Positions 11,856-23,879 of a DNA stretch of 64,000 nucleotides are shown here, one piece after another. Source of the stretch: Felis catus. Lineage: Eukaryota. The DNA lies in assembly GCF_018350175.1 (NCBI RefSeq), contig NC_058368.1, forward strand, positions 209,810,001 through 209,874,000, read 5' to 3'. The notes under the pieces are model-generated. The model made no database searches, was not told the DNA's origin, and saw only the letters and a list, made by a program, of their open reading frames with translations. The translations under genes were made by a program, and so were the position numbers. Every line of letters starts with the position of its first letter. Within the stretch, counting starts at the first letter, position 1.

Positions 11856-13284
11856 GAAAATACATCTACAAAGTAATGTTTCTCAGTCCACACGGGGTGC
11901 ATGTTATATGCAGAGCCTGTGATGGGCTGGCGAGAGGATCGTCCTAGAGGATTTACTTTCCATAAGAAATGGTTAGTATTAAAAAAAAAAGATCACACGG
12001 CGTAACAGAATTAATTTGACATGATTAATTTTTGCTCTACTGGTGTCGTGAGACGACAGCCACGTACATTAACTTTCAGAGTGTATCTCCCAAATAAGGC
12101 CTCGGCATTAAATGGTTATTCCACCACAGCCTAACGTTAACTTTTGTACACACGTGATGCTCACGATCTCTAGAAAAAATGTCTCTAACTGTATATCAGA
12201 GGGTGTATGTCTAGATATCCAGTCTGTTAGCATAATTAAACCCATTCTTCACCATTTTCGGTCAGAGACTCAAACACAGCTGGTATTGTCTGACAGTTCC
12301 CACTTCATGTCTTTGACTGAATGAATACTCCTTAGGGGGTAAAAAATTAATCTCCTCTAAACCTGGGAGCTGCCTCGCCTGAAACTAATGCCCCTGCTGG
12401 TTTTTTTCTTGGAACCCCATTGACCGTGTCTTTATACTGATTCATCTTCTACCATTTCTCTCAGGGACACAAACAAAATAAAACCAAACCCCACTCCGGC
12501 CGAAGGGTTTGAATGACTTGGTATGTGGAATTCTTACACAAAGAAATATCTTGTTTCTCTTATTCTAAGAACTTCTGATTATAGGCAAAAACTTTTTTCA
12601 AATAAGAGACCACCCACCCAGCTCACGGACCTCTATTAGAGAGAGAGCTCATTCATTTGACTTCTTTATATATAAGAAGTGACCTCATATTTTCATATGC
12701 GGACCTCCTTGGGGGATGATTTTGAACTGAAGAGACAAAGTGTTTCAGGTTAAAAAAAAAAAAAAAAAGAACCTCTCCTTTTAAATTCTTCCTTAAAGAT
12801 CATCTATAAATCTTGGTGTCTCAAAATCCCCTGTGTAACGTCAACCATGCTCCGTTCTTTCCTACCTGGCTCTTTAGTGTTCCGTAGTAAGACTATGAGC
12901 ATGCCTGCTGGTTGCTAGTCTTACATTTTACTTCCTAAAAGTCCATAGTCAGTTGAGGAGTGGTGGGAGACATCCTGCCCAGAGAAGTCCCTTCGGTTTG
13001 GGAAGAATAGGAAAGAAGGGCCTATTTCCCGTACTGGGAAGGACCGAGCAGAGTTTCGTGAATAATTCCGCTCCCAAAATGGCCTCCAGCCTGGTGACTT
13101 GCATGACTGATATTCTGGCCACAGGACCTGGTTAAACCACACAGCCATCCGTCCCCTACTTAGAAATGTTCATTCCTAGTAAACGTCCTTTCTGAAAGTC
13201 CCATGGTCCATGGAATCATACCTGCTTGGGACAGGATGTTCCAAGGGAAAATAGAGGGGAGGCTCTTCGTGATGTCACAGGATG

Positions 13285-13392
13285 TTTGGGCTAGAAGAGA
13301 CCATAAAGGCATCTGGGGAACTCATTTGATTTTACGGATGAGAACACTGAGGCCTAGAGAGGAGATGTAACGTGCCCATGGCCACATGGAAA
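13285..13392. mobile_element. MIR relic inside the SLC1A3 3'UTR
   Basis: attttacggatgagaacactgaggcctagagagg…gcccatggccaca core. Confidence 0.6.
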
Positions 13393-13873
13393 TTTCACTT
13401 TTATGTGCTTCCTCACAGGTGCACTAGGTGAGTATTCATATTGTCTTGCTATTAATAAAATCAAAACACAAATCGGCAGAGAAAGGGGAACAAACCCTTC
13501 TACTGTCCCATTTGATAACCGATTGTGGTTTATCAAGTTGTTTTGTTTTGATACTAAAACTGAATTGTATTCTGAAGGATTTTTAAACGTTGTAGGTTGA
13601 TTTAAAAGCATATTTTAGCCTACTATTTGTTTGACTCTCTACCTTATAAAAGAACCACATTTACAGTTTTGTGTGCCACATAAACTTGTAAGATCTGATC
13701 CGACTCGCAAAATCCTCCCTTGTTTTTGGATGATTACTTCCCAATCCTATCAGTGTATTATGCAGGACAAGGGAGGTAAGGGGCTTACTGGACAGAATGA
13801 GTTGTAACGAGATGGAAACATTTTACAATGGTTTGCAAACACCCGCTGCTCAAGAAAACATTTGTGTGTTAGT

Positions 13874-14078
13874 CTACATCTTGGTTTCACTGTCCATGGG
13901 TTTCTCACTTTCGCTTTCCTGGGCAATCAGCTGATAGGGTTTCTTCATTTCATTCTCTTCGATGACCGAGTTACCCATTTCTACGTCTCGGTTCTTCAGT
14001 TCGTGTCTTGACAAGTGCTCCACAATGCCGGCTCCAAGAGAATCTCCCAGCACGTTGGTGGTGGTGCGTAGGCGGTCC
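13874..14078 (-). CDS. SLC1A3: SLC1A3 last coding exon (exon 10), 205 nt to TAG
   Basis: Encodes [67 protein letters not shown]; acceptor ccccag|G; C-terminal PDZ-binding motif ETKM. Confidence 0.97.
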
Positions 14079-14447
14079 CTGGGGGTGTAGGTGTGGGGGA
14101 GGAAAAACAGGGCTCCTGTGAACATCATGTGATCTCAGCTCATATTGTGAACTGGCTGCTAAGTCTTTAGAGGCATCTTTTTAAAATTCTGCTGGGTGTA
14201 TCCACCAATTGCAACATCACATAATACACATAATATTTATAATAGTAGTTACTAAAAGTTATAAGGATATATAGATTACCAATCTTCAGTTACTAGTTCC
14301 AGTCCTAACAGTGGGTAATGACCCTTCCCTTTCTCCTTTTATTTAAAATTTCTTGTTGCCTCTCTTTCCTACAATTCACCTTCCTTTATATCCGCGGTTC
14401 TCAAAGTGTGATCCAGAGACCCCTGGGGGTGCCTGTGGTCAAAACTA

Positions 14448-14665
14448 TTTTATTTTATTTTTTAATGTTAATTTATTTTTGAGAGAGACAGAGAGAGGGG
14501 AGAGCACGAACAGGGAGGGGCAGAGAGAGAGGGGGGAACAGAGGATCCGAAAACAGTCTCTGCGCTGACAGCAGTGAGCCCGATTTGGGGCTCGAACTCA
14601 CCCACCATGAAATCATGACCTGAGCCTACCCAGATGCTTAGCCAACTGAGCCACCCAGATGCCCC
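14448..14665 (-). mobile_element. Can-SINE
   Basis: SINEC body; TSD aaaactattt. Confidence 0.9.
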
Positions 14666-14994
14666 AAAACTATTTTCGTGATAATGCTAGATGTTATTTG
14701 CCCTTTTTTGTTCTCATTTTTTCATGAAAGCCTAGTGGGGTTTTGTAAAGACTACAACATAACACAAAAGATACCACAACAGATTCAATGCAGAAGCAGT
14801 TAGGAGACCCCAGCTGTCTTGCATTAAGCCAGACACTAAGGAGATTTCCAAAAATAAAATAAAAGGGCATCATTCTTTTCCCAAAATTTTTAGTTTGGTC
14901 AATGACATTTTTTTGCAAAAATATTATGTTAAGATGTAATGAATTTATTATTATAACCTTTAAATGAATTTAGCACTTAAAAATGTCTGTTTTC

Positions 14995-15208
14995 GGGGCG
15001 CCTGGGGGCTCAGTCAGTTAAGCATCCAACTTCAGCTCAGGTCATGATCTCATGGTCTATGACTTCAAGCCCCGAGTCAGGCTCTGTGCGGACAGCTCAG
15101 GGCCTGGAGGCTGCTTTGGATTCTATGTCTCCCTCTCTTTCCGCGCCTCCTCCGCTCGCACTCTGTCTCTCTCTCAAAAATAAAATAAAAGCATAAAAAA
15201 ATTAAAAA
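14995..15208 (+). mobile_element. Can-SINE
   Basis: ggggcgcctggggg…(CT)n…poly-A; TSD tgtctgtttt. Confidence 0.9.
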
Positions 15209-16330
15209 ACTGTCTGTTTTCCTAATATGATAAATATTGGTAGAATCCATATAGATAAAAACTTTTGGGATCCTCAGTAGTTTTTAAGTATAAAGGGGTC
15301 CTGAGGCTAAAAGCTTTGAGAATCACAGTTTTACACTATGAAAGTCCTCAAGGAGTTGAGTGCCAACCGTGGGCCCAACAGTGGGCTGAATGCTTTCCGT
15401 GCATCATTGCAGTTAATCCTCGCAGCCCCAGGGGGTGGTGGATGGCATTATCATCTCCATTTTATAGAGGTGGAAACTGGGGTGGCTGGTGAGGCTGCCC
15501 AATGTCACACCGGGCTGGGATGCAAACAGATCCAAGTGACTGTGGGACTCATGCTCTCAACTGCCTACCCTGCTGCCACCTATCGTGCCTTGAGCACACC
15601 CGTCAGCTCCTGGTGACCCTTCTAGTGAAGACAACATACAGTTGACTCCAGCATCTACTGTGTCCTTCTAGGCATTGGCTTTGGGCAGCCTGTGAAAAGA
15701 TGTTTTTGCAACGGAAAGGGAATTTATGAGAGAAAAGAGGCAGATAATGTCAGCTGGAAGGGTGAGGGGAACATGAGAGAGGGCTGGGCCCCCCAAATTA
15801 GGGTCTGAGGGGATGGGGGCTGCCTTTTCCCCAGAGCCAAAAGTCATTTCTGCTTCACTAGTTCTCCCACTGCACGGCTGCCCCTCTCCCCGCTGGGTTC
15901 GGATGCGCACATCTGTGCTGCATTACGCCATTGGAATGGGAAGCACAAGGAAAAGGGCCTGAGCCAGTGTGTGGGGCCTGTAGTTCTGTTCTCACCACCA
16001 CGGGGACGTGTTGTGCAATTCAGAAAATGCCTTGCTGATTTATGTCGGCTTTCAGACAGCCGGTTTCCCAATCGCCGGATGGCTTTATGGAGTGAGAAGT
16101 GTAGTTGCCAGATGTGCCCCCTGGGCTGATAAGGGAGCGAGAGCGCTTGGCGTCTGGGACTTGGCCTCCAGATAAGGGCAGGGACCAGGCGGTGAGGACA
16201 ATGCAATTACACGCCAAGCTGCCCCTGCTCTTGGAGCCCTTTTGGCGGGAGTGCCCAGCTGCCAGTTTCCTTAGGAAGACAGAGGGGGTCCCTGCGACAG
16301 CAAGCCGGGAGGCAGTCGGAGCATACTCAC

Positions 16331-16465
16331 AGAAACCAGTCCACGGCGATGATGAGCGTGATGTCGTCGGTGGGCAGGCCCACGGATGTCAGCACGATGA
16401 CCATGGTGACCAGGCCCGCCTGAGGAATCCCAGCTGCCCCGATACTGGCGGCTGTGGCTGTGATG
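16331..16465 (-). CDS. SLC1A3: SLC1A3 coding exon (exon 9), 135 nt
   Basis: Encodes [45 protein letters not shown] (HP2/TM8 start); acceptor ttttaacag|C, donor CT|gtgagt. Not listed in the ORF track; read by hand. Confidence 0.96.
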
Positions 16466-16659
16466 CTGTTAAAAGAATTCCCCAAACGTAAAACATTTGT
16501 ACACATCTCCCCAAATGATAGGCCCCGGAAAAACCATGCACAGCGGCGATGTCTGACTTGCCAAGTTAACAGAAGAGGACGTGCTTTAGAAACCTTTAGA
16601 TGAGAGTGTAAAAAACCCGCGGAGCTAACAATAACGTTAACCAGTATTTATGAAGAGGT

Positions 16660-16890
16660 TCTTTTTTTTTAAATTTTATTTTATTTTTAACGTTTATTTA
16701 TTTTTGAGACAGAGAGAGACAGAGCATGAACGGGGAGGGTCAGAGAGAGAGGGAGTCACAGAATCCGAAGCAGGCTCCAGGCTCCGAGCTGTCAGCACAG
16801 AGCCCGACGTGGGGCTTGAACTCACAGACGGTGAGATCATGACCTGAGCTGAAGTCGGACGCTTAACCGACTGAGCCACCCAGGCGCCCC
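16660..16890 (-). mobile_element. Can-SINE (SINEC_Fc)
   Basis: Full-length body ending caggcgcccc, with poly-T. Confidence 0.92.
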
Positions 16891-17294
16891 AACTACAGCC
16901 ATTTTTAAATGGTAGCTATGTACTTTTGCACATACCTGAAAATATTTTCCAAGGTCTAAAAGACTGCATAGTTACAATAACAATTTGTTTCCAATAATTC
17001 TGTCCAAGTAGAGGATTGTAAAGCTACTGAACTTATAAGGTTAATGTGGTCAGAAAAACAAATCAAAGTTATTAATGCAAAAGCAAATGATTTATGAACA
17101 AAGTTCTGTGTGACTATAAATATTTTTTATGGAGGCAGTGTAGACCTGATTTGTAAGGCATGCAACCTGTCTAGGACTCTGTTAAATACCTATTTGATTC
17201 AGGCTGATGTGACACTGTGGAAAATGTTTTATAAATAGTTTTATAAATAGTAAAGTATTACCTAGATATAAAGTGGAATTAATGAAGCAGTACG

Positions 17295-17720
17295 TCTGTG
17301 GAGGAGACTATATGGTTCCCTCATACTGTCCCTCTTCTGTGGTACTAGAGTATTTGGTTGGTAAATGGCTGTTCAGAATGAAGACTACGTTTCCCAGCCT
17401 CCCTTGGAGATTAAGTTCTGGCCAATGAAATATGGATGAAAGTGACCAAGTACCTTGCACGCAATGCCCTCCTCCTCTTCCCAGTGGCTAAGATTTGGAG
17501 GTGATGATAAGCCATCCTGGACCACTTGGATGAGGGTGACACCCCAGAGACGATGGAAACGACACCCCAGTCCCTTACACTGTAAAACACCTACCAGCCT
17601 TGAGGGCTTTGTGGAACAGAGCTGTTCCACATGAGGAAAAAATGCAGTTCTGTCTTGAAGTCACTCTTATTGTTATTATTATTTTTTTACTCTGTCACAT
17701 GCAACTGAACCTTTGTTTAT
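17295..17720. mobile_element. Ancient ERVL-type LTR relic (LTR16-like)
   Basis: gactacgtttcccagcctcccttg…aagttctggccaatg motif. Confidence 0.45.
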
Positions 17721-17999
17721 AACTCAGGGATTTTCAACCAGTATACCAGAGTATGCCCAAGAATAGGTTATGGTGAGCTGAGATACTGACTCCCAGTCCC
17801 AGTGTGGTCAGACTGTGCTCAGGCCTCCCAGAACCCCCAGGCCACTCACTTCTGGCCATGATCGGCCTCATTTTTTAATCATCACGCATCCTACGACTAT
17901 TATTATTTTCCAGTAACTCAAAACATATATATGGAGTCTAACATAACTTATTTCCAAACAGACATATGTGCGCACACACACAAAAGGTGGGGGAATTGA

Positions 18000-18350
18000 G
18001 AGATTGAAAACAGACTAAAATGACATAAAAACCAAATGCAAGCCATAGATATGGATTATATTGTGGTCTAGGGGAAAAGGCTACACAAGATATTTTTGGG
18101 GCAACTGGGGAAATTTGGATACAGAGTGGGTATTCTGGAAGTATTTTAAAGATTCCTACTATTGTGGTTATGTAGAAAATGACTCTTATTCTCAGGAGAC
18201 CTATGTTGGACTCTGTATATGTGAAATTTAATGAAGGCAGAGAAAGAGGCAAAAAATGGTAAAATGTTAATTGTTGGATTTGGGTAGATGTCTGTCATCA
18301 TTTTATTTCAACTTTCCCATTTGTAAGATAGTTTTTATAATGAAAAGTGC
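18000..18350 (+). mobile_element. Old L1 (L1ME/L1MC-like) 3' fragment
   Basis: gatatttttggggcaactggggaaatttgga…attgtggttatgtag…gtaaaatgttaa pattern. Confidence 0.5.
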
Positions 18351-18862
18351 AAAAACTATTTCGATATCCAAAATAAATTGCTGATAATAATTCACACACA
18401 CACGCATGCACACACACACACTGAAGAGGAGGGTCTGATCTGGATTTGAGTCTCTCTTGCAGTCACTTATTGGTCTGTTGTGCATAACTGACTGTTAATG
18501 AGTAAAAATGGGGGGTTACAATCACATATGCACATGGATATGCATGGGCTAGTGCCAGAAGAATATAAAAGAAATTAGCAAGCCACAGTGGTTGCCTCTG
18601 GAGAAGGAAACTAAAAAATTAGGGGAAGGTGTGGAAAGGAAAATTACCTTTCACCAGATACCTCAAATGTAATAGTTAAAAAATAGTCCACGGAAATAAA
18701 ATTCTCAATCTATTTGTCCATGTGGCCTCTCCTCTATTTTATAGTGCCTAAAAATTAACCCAAGAGAAAATGTTAATCCAGTTTTTCAAGTGTATTTTTT
18801 AAATACTGTCAGTAAAAGCTAATGCATTTTAATGCTATTTAAAACTGAAGTATAATCTAACA

Positions 18863-19075
18863 TTTTTTTTTTCAACGTTTATTTATTTTTGGGACAGAGA
18901 GACACAGAGCATGAACGGGGGAGGGGCAGAGAGAGAGGGAGACACAGAATCGAAAACAGGCTCCAGGCTCTGAGCCATCAGCCCAGAGCCCGACGCGGGG
19001 CTCGAACTCACGGACCGCGAGATCGTGACCTGGCTGAAGTCGGACGCTTAACCGACTGCGCCACCCAGGCGCCCC
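18863..19075 (-). mobile_element. Young Can-SINE (SINEC_Fc)
   Basis: CpG-rich, near-consensus body; perfect TSD taatctaacattttt. Confidence 0.95.
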
Positions 19076-19124
19076 TAATCTAACATTTTTAAAAAAGAAA
19101 TATCCATACTATGTATTCTGTAGA

Positions 19125-19388
19125 TTTTATTTTTATTTTTTAAAATTTTTTTATTAAAAAAATTTTTTTAATGTTTTGATTTATTTTTGGGAGAGAGAGA
19201 GAGAGATAGAATGAGACTGAGCACTAGCAGGGGAAGGGCAGAGAGAGAGGTAGACACAGAATCCAAAGCAGGATCCAGGTTCTGAGCTGTCAGCACAGAG
19301 CCTGACGTGGGGCTTGAACTCACGGACCGTGAGATCATGACCTGACCTGAAGTCGGCCACTTAACCCACGGAGCCACCCAGGCACCCC
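19125..19388 (-). mobile_element. Can-SINE
   Basis: TSD tattctgtagatttta. Confidence 0.92.
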
Positions 19389-19497
19389 ATATTCTGTAGA
19401 TTTTAAAAGAGTTAGATGTTTTATCGATGGTACATTGATAAATAAATCAATCCAGTGGCAAGCAGTATGCATGGTATGATTCCATTAATTACAAAAA

Positions 19498-19499
<2 letters not shown>

Positions 19500-19531
<32 letters not shown>
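19500..19531. repeat. (GT)n microsatellite
   Basis: Direct reading of the sequence. Confidence 0.9.
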
Positions 19532-19532
<1 letters not shown>

Positions 19533-19816
19533 TAGGCACTAGAAATGGTTTTTGTACCCCAAACATTAACAGTGGTCACCTATGGAAAGATGGGGGGGGT
19601 GATAGTGGCAGGTAAGTTACACTTCTTACTATCTACATTTCTATATTATTAGAATTTCATTATTAATAAATGTGTACATCTGTAATTTAAAAAAAAACTA
19701 ATAAAAATATCTAAACATCAAAAGTAAAGCTATTGCCACAAACCCCAACCTCCGGTTTATGTATGATCTGCTTTCCAACAAGTTTCTTTATCCAATCCCT
19801 GATCACCGTCTCATCA

Positions 19817-20173
<357 letters not shown>

Positions 20174-20625
20174 TTAAAGGGAACTAAGTCAGCACTTGTA
20201 TAAATAGGGGATTAGGGTTAGCAACAGTGTGGGTCCCCTCACTGGGTTATTTGCAGCTCTCCTGCTCCTGGGTTCTTCTGTGAGGCATCACTTGTGATTA
20301 TCCCCTATCCTCATGGCCTGTGCCGAGTGACTCTGCCATCTTTCCCTCAGGCAAAGGTCAACTGGAAGAGAGAGATGACAGTGGGCGGGAAGGGAATCGC
20401 TGATACGTTTGCCTCCCCAAAGGAGAGCCAACCATTCCCTCAATCCCAACTAGGTCTGATTAGCACCTGAGTGAAAAGGCCAATTCATATGCCTGGAAGT
20501 GTAAAACCCAGAACTGCACCCCCTGCCCCCCCCCCCCCCCCCCCCGCCTCCCAGGATTCTGGATTAAAGTTAAGTTTGAGCTACATTTCTTGATAGGAAT
20601 AAGCCACACATATATCCATACATAC

Positions 20626-20859
20626 CTGGACGAGGTTCCTAGAGCTGTGATGAGTGCCTGCAGCAACCCTCCAATAAAAACCCAAGGGTTTTTCCGAGTT
20701 ACCAAGAAGTAGAGGAGGGGCAGGACAATGACCGCGTGAATGAGCAGGCCGACGATGACCGTCACTGTGTACATGGCAAGCTGCCCCCCAATCACTCCCA
20801 TGTCTTCCATCTCAACAATTTTCCCTGCAATCAGGAAGAGGATGCCCAGAGGGGCGTAC
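20626..20859 (-). CDS. SLC1A3: SLC1A3 coding exon (exon 7), 234 nt
   Basis: Encodes [77 protein letters not shown]; acceptor catag|G, donor AG|gtatgt. Confidence 0.97.
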
Positions 20860-21004
20860 CTATGTAGAAGCAACATACGCACAGTCGGAAGCCTGATCTC
20901 CAATGAGCTATTCCAAAGAAACTACCATGTGACAAGAAAACGTGAGGGTTATTTCCACACTTTTTGTGCCCAGGAGACTATTAGAACTTGCAGAAACTGT
21001 GAAC

Positions 21005-21085
21005 TTCTTTTCTTTAAAATTTATTTATTTTTGAGAGAGAGAGAGAGAGAGAAGGGGGGGGGAGACATGGCATGAGTGGGGGAGG

Positions 21086-21123
<38 letters not shown>

Positions 21124-21257
21124 CACAGAATCAAAAGCAGGCTCCAGGCTCTGAGCTGTCAGCACGGAGCTGGATGTGGGGCTCCAACTCATGGACCAGG
21201 AGATCAGGACCTGAGCTGAAATCGGATGCTCAAATGACTGAGCCACCCAGGCGCCCC
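21005..21257 (-). mobile_element. Can-SINE
   Basis: Body with long (GA)n, ending caggcgcccc. Confidence 0.9.
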
Positions 21258-22919
21258 TTTTCTTTTCTTTTTTAAATATAAATTTAACTATAAATAGCAC
21301 ATAATCAGGCTTTCCTCTCAGAATTTCGCTAGGCCACAATTTTTTTTTTCTCCTTAGCCTATGATAAAAGACAGGTACAGAGGTTTTGTGGGGGTTTTTT
21401 TTGTTTTTTGTTTTTTGTTTTTTGTTTTCACCTCTTTTTCTAGATCATTCTCCTTTCACCTCATCTGAGTCACTTTTGCGGTCCTCAGATGCCACCCAAC
21501 TCCCCCTGCCTTTTGTTCTCTTTCTAAGTACCCTGCACAGCCAGAATCCACTGAACCAATATCCAGACTTCGGGAGGGTTTCCCACATCAGAGCCTGCGT
21601 TCCAACTTAAAGCAAGACACACACAATGCCATTTCAGTGTTTTAGATTTGCAGTCATCTCAATCAAAGTCCGTTTTTGTTACTTTTTCCCCATACTACAT
21701 ACCACTTACACTATCACTCAGTATTAGTCTTCAAATCAGCTTTTAAATAAATTTACTGAGTAAATTTCATGTTATAGTGACAGTGGAAAACTAGTACCAT
21801 TTCCCACAGATCGAAGGCAACCATATAATCAATCCAAAGCTATTCAAATTAACAATGTGTATGCAGGTACCGCCACGATCAGGTTACAGATGTTCTAGTT
21901 AAGTAGTTGTCACCCACCGGCTGCTACTGACATTTGTGATCTTCCCCTGTAGCCTGGCAAGAATGAACAAACGAGACACAAAACAACTTGTATGTATAGC
22001 AACCCCTGTTGCATCAAGATCCCTCTGCCCTGCTTTCAACTCCCTTTGATGTATGCAGTGAACTACGCCCAAACTCACGTTACCAAAAACAGAGGGGCCA
22101 ATCACCCTGAAGGAGAAGGGTCTGCTGGGAACTGTGGAGGTCTTATTTCAAGTTGAAAAATACAATGCTTCTTTTAAACGTCCTTTAAAAACACAGGCCA
22201 GGAAATTATAAGTACCTGTTTTCAGAAATGTAATAACTCAAGGCTGAATGTGCAGGCAAATGTACAGCTAGAAAAGCTACATGTGAGGTTCATTCAGCAG
22301 CCTTGAATGGGCTTCTTTCATAAAAGAGGTGAAAGGTGGAGGCATTTTCATAATATGAAGATAAATGTCCACTTTCAGCTCTGCCAGGATTTCAAAGGAG
22401 GGGCCCCAGGATTTCAATCAAGGGCTCCTGTGGAGACCGCATTCTGATCAGTCTTCGTGCCCAAGTTCACATCCACCTCATACAAGCTCCTGAAAAATGG
22501 ATTTCTCTGGGCTTTGGAGGCAATAAAGACAAAGGATATTTTTAATCATGTTGGCGAGGGCTTTTCTTAGAAATGGATGCCTCCGTCCCTCCAGTGCCAA
22601 GAAGGAGTCTGGATTAAAAATAAAGGCCAAAGGGAAAGCAACCCCTACATGAGGCCTAAACCAATCAAACGGTTCTCTCCCAGCTGGCGAGAATTTACTT
22701 TCCAAGGTCAATGTTCCTTTGCAGATTTAGTGTTTTCATTTGTACCCTACTCTCAACTTTATTTGAAGGAAGTTTTGTTATAAACTCTGGATTGGCATTC
22801 TATAATGCTTCCCATGAGTCCTCCAGGCGGTGCACCAAATTGCCATTTGATGTCTCTTTCTTAGGGCTGAAACGGAGGAGAGGCAATCTCACTTTTTCTG
22901 AAGGTCAAGGGGCCTCTAT

Positions 22920-23300
22920 GTTTGCTTTTCCCTCCACTGGGAATGCTCTTCCCCTGGCACTTTGAATGGCTAGCTTCTCCTCGGTCAGATCTTAGCAACA
23001 AACTCACCTCCTCAGAGGCCTTTGTGAACCATTCAAACCATCCAAGGCAAATTTTATGCTTCTTCCCCAGTTGCCTTTTATCATATCAGATCACACAAAA
23101 AAAATTTTCTGTTTTATTTATTTTTTCACAGTATTTGTTACTAAAGCACATGGTGGATTTGTGTGTTTATTTTCTATGTCCCTTAAAAGAATATAAGCTC
23201 TAGGACATCCTCGTCTGTTTTCTTCATTGCTATGTCCAGAGTACCTGGCATTATATGCTTGGCATATAGTAGACACTTAATGAACATATATTGAATAGAT
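22920..23300. mobile_element. L2 3' relic
   Basis: ccctccactgggaatgctcttccc…tcacctcctcagaggcc…cttggcatatagtagacacttaa. Confidence 0.6.
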
Positions 23301-23586
23301 ATAGACTAAATAGATATAAAATGAAGGAATGAGGAATGGGATCCCATCAGCACCGGAGTGAAGAAGTAGACACCTTTCAAAAACAAGGAAGCAAACTTAT
23401 TAAGAGAGGCTTGCAGACAGGTTCAAGGCCACTACAGGCACAGGAAATCATTGATTTTCTTGTGTTTACCCACGTGGAATTGTTGCAATTGGCTATCCTG
23501 CCTGGTGGCATCTTCCTCAGTACAGAACACATGTTGATGGTAATAAGCATCTGGATACAGCATATGTAGCCAATGGAAATACGTAC

Positions 23587-23879
23587 CACATTATCACTGC
23601 TACCAATCTCATGATGGCTTCGTTAAGAGAATCAAAGAACTCTCTCAGGGCTTGCCCCTGCTCTTTCATGTTTCCAATCACAAATCCAAAGCACATGGAG
23701 AAGACAACTAGTCCAAGGGCATTGACCCCATTCACAGACCCTGGAACTGGGACCAGCTCCTCTGTGATCCTTGTAAGAGTCTCCATGGCCTCCGACACAT
23801 TGTTTATCACGGCGCTCACGAGTGTTTCATTGGACTGGATGGGCACTTTAAAGCTTCTCTTCTCATAGTTGGTTTTAAA
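23587..23879 (-). CDS. SLC1A3: SLC1A3 coding exon (exon 6), 293 nt
   Basis: Encodes [35 protein letters not shown]…[13 protein letters not shown], with both N-glycosylation sequons (NET, NVS); acceptor ttttaaaag|TTT, donor TG|gtacgt. Confidence 0.97.

Larger units (their letters stand above)
11830..13873 (-). other. SLC1A3: SLC1A3 3'UTR (~2.0 kb)
   Basis: Runs from the TAG stop to the first AATAAA I found on the minus strand; AT-rich and free of Can-SINEs. Confidence 0.8.
14392..15328 (+). mobile_element. Charlie1-type hAT DNA transposon interrupted by two Can-SINEs
   Basis: Termini ccgcggttctcaaagtgtg… and …aaaggggtcctgagg…tttgagaatcacag; the internal sequence resumes after each SINE TSD. 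Confidence 0.7.

Noticed and set aside
13850..13876. Programmed stop-codon readthrough of SLC1A3
   Set aside because: The context is UAG-ACU, not the UGA-CUAG readthrough motif, and an in-frame UGA follows after 7 codons.
16105..16491. Plus-strand ORFs overlapping exons (also 20740-21075, 23611-23868, 29914-30114)
   Set aside because: Antisense shadows of SLC1A3 coding exons.
18889..19083. Recurring GQRETEHERGRGRERGRHRI peptide ORFs (also near 51640, 54704, 63719)
   Set aside because: Translations of Can-SINE sequence, not a gene family; the SINE heads are tRNA-derived but are not tRNA genes.
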